DNA of 64,000 nt from an uncultured Elusimicrobia bacterium (lineage in GTDB: Bacteria > Elusimicrobiota > Elusimicrobia > Elusimicrobiales > UBA9959): the NCBI GenBank assembly GCA_903867985.1, contig CAIPTO010000106.1:30373-94372 (forward strand). Direction: 5' to 3'. Of the stretch, positions 1-9,053 are shown piece by piece. The position numbers and the translations under genes were made by a program. The notes beneath the pieces were generated by a model. That model saw only the letters and a program-made list of their open reading frames with translations, made no database searches and was not told the origin of the DNA. Position 1 is the stretch's first letter. Each line of letters opens with the position of its first letter.

Positions 1-1944
1 TACGGTTTTGTGCAGTTCCTGGACTCGCGCTGCTTCCCGCCGAAGGAGATGGGGCCTGGCATAGATCCTTTCATCTGGCGCCAGGCCTTTGGCCCCCGGA
101 TATTCTCCACCTATGGGAACCCTAATTTTTTCGGGAATTTCTTAGTCCTGATACTCCCGATAGTGGTCACGCAGTATCTCAAGAGTCGTTCTGTTTACCT
201 TATTCCGCTTATCTTGCTTGATCTCCTCTGCCTTTATGGTACCGACACTAAAGGCGCCTGGATAGGTTTTGGCATATCAACCTGCGTATTCGCGGCGATC
301 TACGTCTATTTCTTCACACAACTGGACCGCAAGAAACTTCTGAAGACCTTTTTAGCGCTCGCCGCCGCGGCTCTCGTGGCGGTGGCCTCGGTGCTGGTTT
401 ACGCGCTGCGAAGTCCGACCTCCGTCCCTTTCCGTATTGCGACCTGGATTTCCACCTGGGAAATGGTCGAGACACATCCTCTTATCGGCACCGGCGTGGG
501 CAGTTTTAAGGTTATCTACCCGACTTACCGCCGGCCTATCATCTTCCATCTTGAAGGGAAACACAACACGGAAACCGACCACGCCGAACAAGAGCACCTG
601 GAACAATTAATGGACAACGGCCTTATAGGCTTTGGCATCTACTTGTGGCTTATCATTTTCGTCACCTTGGTGGGGCTGCGGGGGCTTAATTCCATGACCG
701 AAACACTCAAGGGGAACCGCCCTCCGCCCGTAGCCTACGACCTTCTGGGATATCTGACCGCGCTCCTGGGCATGCTTTTTCATAATTTCACCGATGTCAG
801 CATGCGATTCGTATCCTCCGGCATCTTCCTGGGACTCTTGCCGGGGGTTATCGTGAACCTCGCCCGCGGTCAGGCTATCTGGGAACTCCATTATAAAGAG
901 GACAAATCCGAGAGCGCGCAAAAATCGGAAGGCGGTTCCGGTTTCTATGTCTATTCCCTCTGGGCGCTCAGGGCCGCCGCTACGGCCGGAGTTCTTTACC
1001 TCGCTTTCCTCCTGATACGGGAATTTTCGGAACTGCAGGGGCCTCTCAGCGGGTATGCCATGGGTGGGGAGATACTCCAGTGGTGGGTGTCCTGGCTCGC
1101 CATGCTGGCCATAACACTGGGCCTTGCCTACTCGTTCATCCACATCAATCTTAAAGGCTTGTCGCGCGCTGTTCCGTTGGTCGCTCTGGTCACGCTGCTG
1201 CCCGTTTATTATTTCTGGGGCTGGTTTAAAGGCGACGTCTATCACAATATGGCGATATTCTTTTCCAAGCAAGGCAAGTGGGAAGACGCCATAAGCTACT
1301 ATAAGCGCGTCAACCACTTTAACCCGTATTTTATAATGCCCTATTACTTTGTCGGCAATGTTTTCAACGACCGTTTTAATATGGAGCGGCAGTACCGTAA
1401 GGATTGGGGTGATGAAAACGAGATCCCGCGCACTGATTTCGACCGGGCCATGGCCGCGTATGAAACAGTGCGCTCTATCGCTCCCAACTATGTGCAGATG
1501 CATCATCAGGTGGGCACGCTTTACATGAAGATGCATGATTATTACATGAGCCAGGGCAAGCCCGATGAGGCCGCTCAATTCTTTGATAAAGCCATGGCCC
1601 GCCTGAACCTATACGAAAATATCGACCCTGTTTATGCCCCTAATTACTACAGGAAGGCGCAGATCTATGTCGCAAAGCGGGACTACCCCGCAGCGGAGCG
1701 GGAGTACCTTAATAACATAAACGCCTGGAAATGCTATCGTCCGGGACATCGGCATGAGACTCCTGAAGGTTACACCTATCTGGGCAATATCGAATACGCC
1801 CTTGGAAAATTTAAGGAAGCGTTTGACGCGTATGGCAAAGCGCTTTCCCTGAACCCTGAAGCCCAGCCGGCTAAAAATCAGTACGCGGTCCTTAAGCAGA
1901 AATTTGGCTTCAGCACCCGGGTGGAACCCGAAAAAGTCAAGTAG
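1..1944 (+). CDS. Wzy_C / O-antigen-ligase-like polytopic membrane protein with C-terminal TPR repeats (5' end cut by window edge)
   Basis: The frame is open to position 1; the GTG at 10 is only the first start-like codon. It has the motif STYGNPNFFGNFL plus many hydrophobic helices. The C-terminal ~250 aa is TPR-like (AISYYKRVNHFNP, AYGKALSLNPEA). It is a paralog of the next gene. Confidence 0.6.
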   Translation, partial: YGFVQFLDSRCFPPKEMGPGIDPFIWRQAFGPRIFSTYGNPNFFGNFLVLILPIVVTQYLKSRSVYLIPLILLDLLCLYGTDTKGAWIGFGISTCVFAAIYVYFFTQLDRKKLLKTFLALAAAALVAVASVLVYALRSPTSVPFRIATWISTWEMVETHPLIGTGVGSFKVIYPTYRRPIIFHLEGKHNTETDHAEQEHLEQLMDNGLIGFGIYLWLIIFVTLVGLRGLNSMTETLKGNRPPPVAYDLLGYLTALLGMLFHNFTDVSMRFVSSGIFLGLLPGVIVNLARGQAIWELHYKEDKSESAQKSEGGSGFYVYSLWALRAAATAGVLYLAFLLIREFSELQGPLSGYAMGGEILQWWVSWLAMLAITLGLAYSFIHINLKGLSRAVPLVALVTLLPVYYFWGWFKGDVYHNMAIFFSKQGKWEDAISYYKRVNHFNPYFIMPYYFVGNVFNDRFNMERQYRKDWGDENEIPRTDFDRAMAAYETVRSIAPNYVQMHHQVGTLYMKMHDYYMSQGKPDEAAQFFDKAMARLNLYENIDPVYAPNYYRKAQIYVAKRDYPAAEREYLNNINAWKCYRPGHRHETPEGYTYLGNIEYALGKFKEAFDAYGKALSLNPEAQPAKNQYAVLKQKFGFSTRVEPEKVK

Positions 1945-1947
1945 ATA

Positions 1948-4731
1948 ATGCCACAAAACCCTGAAAAAACCGAAACAATGGACAGGTATTTGCTCACAAT
2001 GTCCCTTGTGATTTCTTTTTTCGTTTCGCCTCTGCTGTTCTTCACCGATCTGACGCGCAATCCCTATTATCTGCAGATAACTCTTTTAAATATATCCCTC
2101 CTCTGCGGTGGCGCAGTGCTGATAGCGGCCGCGATCAGAAGGAAGGCCTGGAATTTCCCTCCAAATATCCTTTATGGTCCGCTAGCCGCGCTGCTTATTG
2201 CCATGGCGCTAAGTTTCGCGCGGGCTTACTTTGCGCATGCCGCTTTTTTTCGCCCCTCAATACTCAGTGAGTTTACCCGCGCCGGAATGTTTATGGTCGT
2301 AAATTGCGCGCTGGTATTCATGCTGACCCAGAAGGTTCCGTTCGACTCCGAGCCACAGCGCAAGTCGACATACGGCTGGATGGCTCTCATTCTGTTATGG
2401 GGGGGGCTATGGTTCCTGTTCCAGGACCTGAGAGCTCCGGTGGCCGGCGATAGCCTGATTTCCCGCTTCTGGGACCCCTATGGCGGATTTCTCTGGCTGG
2501 CCGGGGTGGCAACAGCCTGGTATCTGGTGCGATATTTTAACCAGGAGGATTTTCTGCATCTGGCCATGGCGGTTGGCGCAATAGCCTCCTGCTACGGCAT
2601 CCTGCAATATTTCCGCGTGGAACTGATCTGGGATAAAATATTGACACCCTACGGCAACCGCTCTGTGTCCACTTTCGGCAATCCTAATTTCATCTCCTCC
2701 TATGTCGTGATGCTCAGCCCTTTTGCGGCGTCTTACCTTATATCAGCCAGGAAAGCGTCACACCGGTTTTTTTATGGGTTCGTGTTCATCTCCTATCTGG
2801 CTATGTTGATGGCCAGTCTGACCAGGTCATCCTGGATAGGCGAGTTTGTCGCTTTTGCGTTTCTATTTCCTTTCCCCGCGGTAAGGCGGAAATTTTCCGA
2901 TAACAAAAACTTCCTTAATTCTTTTTTTGCCGCGGCCCTTATCCTGCTGGTACTCTGGCCAAGCCAGTCTCTTGTGCCTTCAGGCGGATTCTGGTATATA
3001 AGCTCCGGGATCTGTTTTCTGTTCTCTCTTGGCGCGGTGCGGCGGAAGTTTTGCGCGAATAAAAAGTTCCTGCTGCCATTGTTCGCGGCCGTAATTCTTC
3101 TGTTCGTGATTTGGCGTCCCGAACCTCTCAAGCCTTCGGGCGGATTTTGGGATCTCCGTTCAGCGCTTTTTGAAAGGGTTTCGGAGGGTTCTCCTAAAAT
3201 AAATTCTATAGACGCCCTTTCTTTATCCGTGCGCGGCGCAAACGTCTACTCTTCTTTTCATCAGCGTCTGCTTATTTGGACTTCGGCCTGGCAGATGGGG
3301 CTTGAAAGCCCGATGTTAGGCAAGGGTTGGGGACTCTTTGAAAACTTTTACCCTTTCTATCAGGTCGGTTTACTTTTAAATTTCGACAGCATAAGGAACC
3401 TGCGAACTCACGCCAATAACGCTCACAACGAAATCCTGGAGATGTTCTCTCAGACCGGTTTGGTGGGCCTGGGAGTATATGTCTGGCTATTCGCGGTTCT
3501 TTGCGCGGCCTTCTTCCGATATTACCGGCGCTCCGGCCCGGAAGAGCGTTTCTGGACTTTACCGTTCGCGGCGGCCCTTCTGGGGATGCTCGCGGACAAT
3601 ATGTTTAATGTATCGCTGCATTTCGCGGTTCCGGCGTTGCTTTTCTGGTGGCTTATCGGCGCGCTTTCCAAGAAACTTTCCGGATCGCGTGAAGCAGGCG
3701 GAATTTCGTGGACGAGACCCGCCGCCGGAGTTGCTGCCGCATGCCTGCTCCTGCTTTTTTGCGCGGGAGGCGTCTGGTGCTGGTCTGCGCAGTTCATGCG
3801 CGAGGTTCATTATTTCCGCGGGTTTAAAAGTATGCGCAGGAGCGATTTCAGCGGGGCGGCGGCTGAGTTGAGGAAAGCGTACGACAGTCATGGCCGCGAA
3901 GTGAATAATAACTACGAGCTGGCCAACGCCTATGTGCGGGCCGGAGACCTGAACTCCGCTAAATGGGCCTACGGCGAGGCTCTGAAATCCAACGCCGGAT
4001 ATGATGAGATATATTTCAACATGGCGATAGTGGAGAAGCGGCTTGGTGAGATGGACTCGGCGCTATCCCACCTGAAAGTTTCCGCGTTTATAAACCCTTT
4101 GAGCGCAGCCACATATAATGTGATGGCGGAGATATACGTGAAAGCCGGAGCCCGCTCCGCCCAAGAGGCAAAAGAGATTTTTGAGCCGGCCGCGAAGATA
4201 TTCCCCGGGGATTCCGCCATTTTAAATAACCTCGGATACTTCTACACCATGCTTAAGGATTACCGATCCGCAAAAGACATGTACGGGCGGGGTGTCCGGG
4301 CTAATCCCGGAGACTCGATGACGGCCCAGAACCTCATCGGGGTGGCCGCGCAACTTGGACTAAGGAACGACCCTGATGTGGTGTGGTTAAGGAAGTACCA
4401 GGAGGTCCAGGGGCTACTGGCAGCCAACGACGCTTCCGCTTCAGCCAGGGCTGCGGCGGATACGCTGATCGGGCTTGACCCTGAAAATATCAATTCTCTG
4501 GCTTTGCGGGCCAAACTGAATTTTAAGGCGGGCGATATGGAAAACGCGAAGCGGGATCTTATTAAGGTTCTGAACTATAAACCTGCTGACTCGGGCGCGC
4601 ACTATGGTCTGGCGGTGATATACGAGAAAGCGGGGGATTTTAAATCCGCCAGAAGAGAATGGGAGGCGCTGCTTCAGGCCGAGCCCGGCAATGCATCAGC
4701 CGCCGGGCATCTTAGCAACCTGCCGCGTTAG
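1948..4731 (+). CDS. Wzy_C / O-antigen-ligase-like membrane protein with long C-terminal TPR domain
   Basis: 927-aa ORF starting 4 nt after the previous stop. It has the motif VSTFGNPNFISSYVVM and more than 10 predicted TM helices. The loop HANNAHNEILEMFSQTGLVG is typical of O-antigen ligase-like proteins. The C-terminal ~330 aa consists of TPR repeats. Confidence 0.6.
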   Translation: MPQNPEKTETMDRYLLTMSLVISFFVSPLLFFTDLTRNPYYLQITLLNISLLCGGAVLIAAAIRRKAWNFPPNILYGPLAALLIAMALSFARAYFAHAAFFRPSILSEFTRAGMFMVVNCALVFMLTQKVPFDSEPQRKSTYGWMALILLWGGLWFLFQDLRAPVAGDSLISRFWDPYGGFLWLAGVATAWYLVRYFNQEDFLHLAMAVGAIASCYGILQYFRVELIWDKILTPYGNRSVSTFGNPNFISSYVVMLSPFAASYLISARKASHRFFYGFVFISYLAMLMASLTRSSWIGEFVAFAFLFPFPAVRRKFSDNKNFLNSFFAAALILLVLWPSQSLVPSGGFWYISSGICFLFSLGAVRRKFCANKKFLLPLFAAVILLFVIWRPEPLKPSGGFWDLRSALFERVSEGSPKINSIDALSLSVRGANVYSSFHQRLLIWTSAWQMGLESPMLGKGWGLFENFYPFYQVGLLLNFDSIRNLRTHANNAHNEILEMFSQTGLVGLGVYVWLFAVLCAAFFRYYRRSGPEERFWTLPFAAALLGMLADNMFNVSLHFAVPALLFWWLIGALSKKLSGSREAGGISWTRPAAGVAAACLLLLFCAGGVWCWSAQFMREVHYFRGFKSMRRSDFSGAAAELRKAYDSHGREVNNNYELANAYVRAGDLNSAKWAYGEALKSNAGYDEIYFNMAIVEKRLGEMDSALSHLKVSAFINPLSAATYNVMAEIYVKAGARSAQEAKEIFEPAAKIFPGDSAILNNLGYFYTMLKDYRSAKDMYGRGVRANPGDSMTAQNLIGVAAQLGLRNDPDVVWLRKYQEVQGLLAANDASASARAAADTLIGLDPENINSLALRAKLNFKAGDMENAKRDLIKVLNYKPADSGAHYGLAVIYEKAGDFKSARREWEALLQAEPGNASAAGHLSNLPR
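2866..3171 (+). repeat. In-frame tandem duplication (2 x 156 nt = 2 x 52 aa) inside the Wzy_C-TPR gene
   Basis: GCGGTAAGGCGGAAATTTTCC at 2878 matches GCGGTGCGGCGGAAGTTTTGC at 3034. The protein units are AVRRKFSDNKNFL...PSGGFWY and AVRRKFCANKKFL...PSGGFWD. Confidence 0.8.
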
Positions 4732-4754
4732 AAGAGCGGAAATGAGAGTCGTGG

Positions 4755-4798
4755 GTAATATTTGCGTAACAATCCCGTAATATTTAGGTAAATATAAA
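4755..4798 (+). promoter_or_regulatory. Four GTAAY motifs phased at exactly 11 bp, upstream of the OmpA-like gene and pilus cluster
   Basis: GTAAT at 4755, GTAAC at 4766, GTAAT at 4777 and GTAAA at 4788. The unit is roughly GTAAYAWTNNN, in an AT-rich intergenic region. Confidence 0.35.
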
Positions 4799-4953
4799 GA
4801 TGTTCAATATGAATGGATTTGAGCGTATGCGATTCAGGATTACGGATTTAAGCCGGTAAGTATAGGGTCTGGCATCCGGGAGTTTAATCTGCAGTTTAAG
4901 TGTTCGATGTTCAAACGCTGTATCCGTCGGTTTGCGTTATCGGGAGCAATACA

Positions 4954-6810
4954 ATGAAAAAAAATTCAATTTTCAGATTTAGAACCTCCGCGGCCATTGT
5001 CGCCGCATTCCTGTTGTTGGGAGGGAATCTTTCCCGGCTTAACGGCCAAGCGGGCTCCGACGCTGGCGGGCTTACCCGTTCCATGGAGCAGGCTATAAGG
5101 CTGTATCACGAGGGGAATGATAATGATGCTATGGACCGCTTTATGGATATTCTGGTAAGAGGCACGCCTTCTGAAAAATCCCTCGCTAACGATTATATTT
5201 CCAAGATCACATTACGCATGAATACCGGAGTAAAAACCGTCAAAGACCCGGGATTGGACGTCGGGACCATAAAAGAAGCGGGGGGGAGCATACAGGCGCC
5301 TGTCCAGACACAGCAGTCAGCCAGGCTTGATCAAACTCCCTCGGAGGAGGAGGCTTTAGCCCAGGACGAGCCTCAGGCCAGAAAGGAACGCGTCACCAGC
5401 CGAATAAACGAAAAGATGATAGAAATGCGGCGGACGATTCTTCTGGAACTGGATAAATCCAGCGCCGTCAAGATATACATGGGTGATTCTATGCCCAAAG
5501 CTATCACCATCAACTCCCAGTATTTTTTCACCAACGAAACCGTGTTCAAGGCGAATGCGGCCGCCGACCTCTCGAATCTGGCAGGACTAATTTTCACTCT
5601 CGGCAAGGCGAACATTCTGATCCTGCCTGAGGGTACGGTGGAAGCGGATGTAAAGATCCGGAGCATCAGGCAGGCTATAGCACTTAACTCTTATCTGGTT
5701 TCGAGGGGTATTTCGCAATCCCGCATTGATCTGAATCTGACGGGTGCGGATGTTAAATTCCCAAAAGAACTGACCAGTGTCAGCGGTATGGTGATCCTTT
5801 TTAACTACGACAGGGTCCCCAAACTTATGGAAAGCTCTGATGCGCAATCAAAAGGACCCAAGGTCTCCCTTGGCATCTATCCTACGGCCATATCCGTACA
5901 GAAGAACGAGGGCGCCCTTGTTGAATTTTCAGTGTTCGAATCTCCCGTCGGCAAACCCTCGTGGAAATTTGAGATATTCTCAGTGCAGCCGGATAATTCG
6001 ATCATTTCGCTGCAGAAAATGGAGGGGTATGGTCCGCAGTATAATCAGAGCTACTGGAACGGACGCAAGAATTTTTTCGGCACCGCCTACCCCTCCGGCA
6101 AATATCTGTTCTCGGTGACGGCGACGGACCCTGAGGGCCGCGAAACGAATCTTCGTAGGCTTTTGATCGTAAAACCCAGTCCGGAAGAACAAAAAGCTCT
6201 TCAGACAGAAAGGCCGGCGGCTAAATCCGCGGCGGCATCCAAACAGGCCGGCGCATCCGGCCAGGCCAAGGTGGTTAAGGGAAAGAAACTCCCTTTAAAT
6301 AAGGGAAAGGCGGCGTTCAAGGGCGGCGCATCCGGGCTTAAGGCGGGGGTTAAGGGTAAAGGCAAGCTGGCGCCACTGACTAAGAAAAAGCCAGCCGCAG
6401 CCCGTGTGCCTAAAAAAGTTTCCACGGCTTCCGCGGAAGAATCCGCGCCGAAGGATGAAACAGTCTCCCTTGAGGGGGGCGCGCAGGAGTCTCAGACTGA
6501 GTTCAGCGGCCAGGTCAGCTATAAAATATATTTTCGCGAGGAGACTGCCATAGTCACCGCTAATAGCGAAAAAAAACTCGCGCAAGTCGCGGAAACTATG
6601 GGTTATTATCCCATGGCCAAGATCAAGCTTATCGGTTACGCCTATTCAGGGGAGGCCAACTCCGAGACCATGGCTCAGAACCGGGTTAATTATGTTTCCA
6701 TGCGCCTTTCCAGTAAATATAAAATCGAAAAAGACCGCATGGATATTTCCACACAGATATCTGATGCGCCCAAAAGCATTGTGGAGATAAAAATGTTGGG
6801 AAAGGAATAA
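4954..6810 (+). CDS. Secreted protein with two OmpA-like (peptidoglycan-binding type) domains, an Ig-like (FlgD-Ig-like) middle domain and a Lys/Ala/Gly-rich linker
   Basis: ATG at 4954 is preceded by GGGAG, and the signal peptide is MKKNSIFRFRTSAAIVAAFLLLGG. The OmpA-like segments are FKANAAADLSNLAGLI...LNSYLVSRGISQSRIDL and IVTANSEKKLAQVAETM...QNRVNYVSMRLSSKYKI. The track start at 4900 lacks an RBS. Confidence 0.55.
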   Translation: MKKNSIFRFRTSAAIVAAFLLLGGNLSRLNGQAGSDAGGLTRSMEQAIRLYHEGNDNDAMDRFMDILVRGTPSEKSLANDYISKITLRMNTGVKTVKDPGLDVGTIKEAGGSIQAPVQTQQSARLDQTPSEEEALAQDEPQARKERVTSRINEKMIEMRRTILLELDKSSAVKIYMGDSMPKAITINSQYFFTNETVFKANAAADLSNLAGLIFTLGKANILILPEGTVEADVKIRSIRQAIALNSYLVSRGISQSRIDLNLTGADVKFPKELTSVSGMVILFNYDRVPKLMESSDAQSKGPKVSLGIYPTAISVQKNEGALVEFSVFESPVGKPSWKFEIFSVQPDNSIISLQKMEGYGPQYNQSYWNGRKNFFGTAYPSGKYLFSVTATDPEGRETNLRRLLIVKPSPEEQKALQTERPAAKSAAASKQAGASGQAKVVKGKKLPLNKGKAAFKGGASGLKAGVKGKGKLAPLTKKKPAAARVPKKVSTASAEESAPKDETVSLEGGAQESQTEFSGQVSYKIYFREETAIVTANSEKKLAQVAETMGYYPMAKIKLIGYAYSGEANSETMAQNRVNYVSMRLSSKYKIEKDRMDISTQISDAPKSIVEIKMLGKE

Positions 6811-6881
6811 TTTAATAATGGACAATTGCGGCGTTCGTCAATATAAGTTATATTATAAAGTCAAAATACTAGGCGACTTCT

Positions 6882-8453
6882 ATGGCTCACAGTTCTGCCG
6901 CTAAAAATTCGATCGGCCTTTATATCTCTCCCAAAGAGATCAGTATCGCCCAGACCAGGCTGGGGAAAAACGGGAGGGTGGACGCCGAACATCTGATTAC
7001 GATTCCCACCGCTTTTCAGGCGAGGGAGGGGCTTTTGCGCCCCTTGTCCCTCAATGCTGATTTCTTCAGTGAAAAAGCCTCTTGGATTACCGCCTTCAAG
7101 TCCGCCGTAAAGAATGTCAGTTGGAGCACTTCCAGCGTGGTCGTAACGCTCTCACCGCAGTTCGCGATCCTCCGCTATTTTGTCATGCCCTTTGTCGAGA
7201 GGCGTTTTTGGAATAAATCTATTCCGATCGAATCGAAAAAATACATTCCTGTTTCGTTCGACGAAATAGTCTATGATTTTGCGGCCTACCCGCTGGAGAG
7301 CGGCGCAAAGCTGGGCGTCCTTTTCGGCCTTACTCAGCGCAAGAGCGTGGAATTTATTGTAAACATCCTCAAGAGCTTAGACCTGCAGCTCACAGCCGTA
7401 GAGGTGACGCCTTGTTCCGTGGAGCGCGTTTTCGCTTTTATGGACCCTAAAGATCACGCTTCAAAGGGGTATATACATTTTTCGGGCGGCGCCAGTCTTA
7501 TGTTGTTCTCCAGCGGCGGCTACCCGGTGCTTTACCGGGAAGCCGACTATGAAGCGGCCAGCACCCTGTCGGAACGCAAGCGTCTGGATATAAAGGGCGC
7601 CGTGCAGTTTGTTGATCGCTACGTCGGAGGACAGGAGTATAAACGCCTGATGTTGAGCGGAGATGGCGCGGATGCGTGGAAAGCCGTGGCTGAGCAGGAA
7701 TCCCCGATGCCGGTTGAGATCTGGGATCCGGCCAAGGCGGCCGCGCTCAAAGGCAATGTCTCCGCCCCCTTTTTTTCCATGGGCGCCTCCATGCGCGGCC
7801 GGGTCGCGGAAAAGCTCGCACTGGATGTTTCCGGCATCAGCACGGCTGCCATGATCGAGAAACAGTTGCAGGACTACGTTTGGAACGTTGTTTTTGTACT
7901 GGGGGGGCTGCTGCTATTCCTGTCGGTACTGAGCCAGATACGGATCATGACGATGGAATCAAAAATTTCAGCGATCAACTCCCAGATGGAAAATGCCTCC
8001 GAGCTGGAGGGCAACGACGAAGAAGCTATAAGGGCCAAGATAGAAAAAATGCAGGCCAACGCGAAGATGCTGTCCGTTCTTGTCAACGATACCGATTCTC
8101 TGGCTCCCAAGCTTCAAGTCATCGCCGAGAAGATTCCGCGGGAACTCTGGCTGCAGGATCTTCAATACATGGGGCCTTTTGCGACTTCAGAACTTCAGAC
8201 TTCTGCGAAAGTGATGAAACTCAACGGGGAAACGAATCTCAGCGGTGACATGAAGCAGCGGGTAGTGGACAATTTTAACAAGGCTCTTAAGGATTCCGGG
8301 GAGTTCAAGATTTTCGGGCCTCCTAATGGCGGGATGTCATTCACCACAGAGAGTGAGACTCCGGGTGCATCCGGAGGCTATGGCACAGACCAGGAATCGG
8401 CTGTGAAATCCACCGGCTTTACTATATTATGCACGGCCAGGAGGAAAGGCTAA
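6882..8453 (+). CDS. PilM-like actin-fold assembly protein fused to a PilN-like TM/coiled-coil domain
   Basis: The N-terminal ~330 aa resembles PilM (IGLYISPKEISIAQTRLG...). A single TM helix follows (VWNVVFVLGGLLLFLSVLSQI). The C-terminal domain is coiled-coil plus alpha/beta, in PilN style (IPRELWLQDLQY). The gene sits first in the pilus cluster. Confidence 0.6.
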   Translation: MAHSSAAKNSIGLYISPKEISIAQTRLGKNGRVDAEHLITIPTAFQAREGLLRPLSLNADFFSEKASWITAFKSAVKNVSWSTSSVVVTLSPQFAILRYFVMPFVERRFWNKSIPIESKKYIPVSFDEIVYDFAAYPLESGAKLGVLFGLTQRKSVEFIVNILKSLDLQLTAVEVTPCSVERVFAFMDPKDHASKGYIHFSGGASLMLFSSGGYPVLYREADYEAASTLSERKRLDIKGAVQFVDRYVGGQEYKRLMLSGDGADAWKAVAEQESPMPVEIWDPAKAAALKGNVSAPFFSMGASMRGRVAEKLALDVSGISTAAMIEKQLQDYVWNVVFVLGGLLLFLSVLSQIRIMTMESKISAINSQMENASELEGNDEEAIRAKIEKMQANAKMLSVLVNDTDSLAPKLQVIAEKIPRELWLQDLQYMGPFATSELQTSAKVMKLNGETNLSGDMKQRVVDNFNKALKDSGEFKIFGPPNGGMSFTTESETPGASGGYGTDQESAVKSTGFTILCTARRKG

Positions 8454-9052
8454 TGCCGATCATAATGGCACTGGTCAATAAGGCAACTGCCTTTTTTAAG
8501 GATATGTACGACAATGTCCTTATAATCTACGCGGAAAAAGGCATAGAGCCTTTTAAGAAGCCGCTACTTTTTGCCTTCCCCGCTGTTCTTATACTCTATG
8601 TCTTCTTTTACGCGCCGTTGGCATCGAAGGTCAAGATCGATGCGAACCGGCTGAAAAAATCTCAGGCTATCGCGGCCCATTATGCCGATTACAACGATGC
8701 AAAGACTAAGCTGGCGGCATATCAGAAAAAGCTGCCGCTTATCAGGGACAAAGACGAGTGGCTCAACTATATGATGACTTCCACGGCTAAAGCCCACGAA
8801 ATATCTTTTGATTCCATAGCCGCGCAGACTGAAAGTGAAATAGGGAATTTCCTGCTTGTATCGCGTTTTGTGTCCGTTACAACCACATACGCCAAATTCG
8901 GCAAGTGGGTGGCTGATATAGAGAATTCTCCGATATTGCTCAAAGTGACCGATGTGAGTCTGAAAAAAGACGCTTCGCGCGCCGGGACGGTCAGAATCAA
9001 TATGAAATTATCCACCATTTTCTCCAAATTCGGCGCAGCGGGGGGGAAATGA
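8453..9052 (+). CDS. PilO-like pilus assembly protein
   Basis: ATG at 8453 overlaps the upstream TAA (TAATG) and has AGGAGGA 9 nt upstream. It has one TM helix, a coiled coil and an alpha/beta domain. It occupies the position after PilM/N. Confidence 0.5.
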   Translation: MPIIMALVNKATAFFKDMYDNVLIIYAEKGIEPFKKPLLFAFPAVLILYVFFYAPLASKVKIDANRLKKSQAIAAHYADYNDAKTKLAAYQKKLPLIRDKDEWLNYMMTSTAKAHEISFDSIAAQTESEIGNFLLVSRFVSVTTTYAKFGKWVADIENSPILLKVTDVSLKKDASRAGTVRINMKLSTIFSKFGAAGGK

Positions 9053-9053
9053 T

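Noticed and set aside
607-1578. Long antisense ORFs opposite real genes, for example 607-1578(-), 21427-22155(+), 37206-38123(-), 44561-45118(+), 55799-56701(+) and 57418-58113(+)
   Set aside because: They lie fully inside well-supported genes on the other strand. Their composition is low-complexity and Arg/Pro/Gly-rich, typical of shadow frames in GC-rich coding DNA. They lack RBSs and recognisable motifs.
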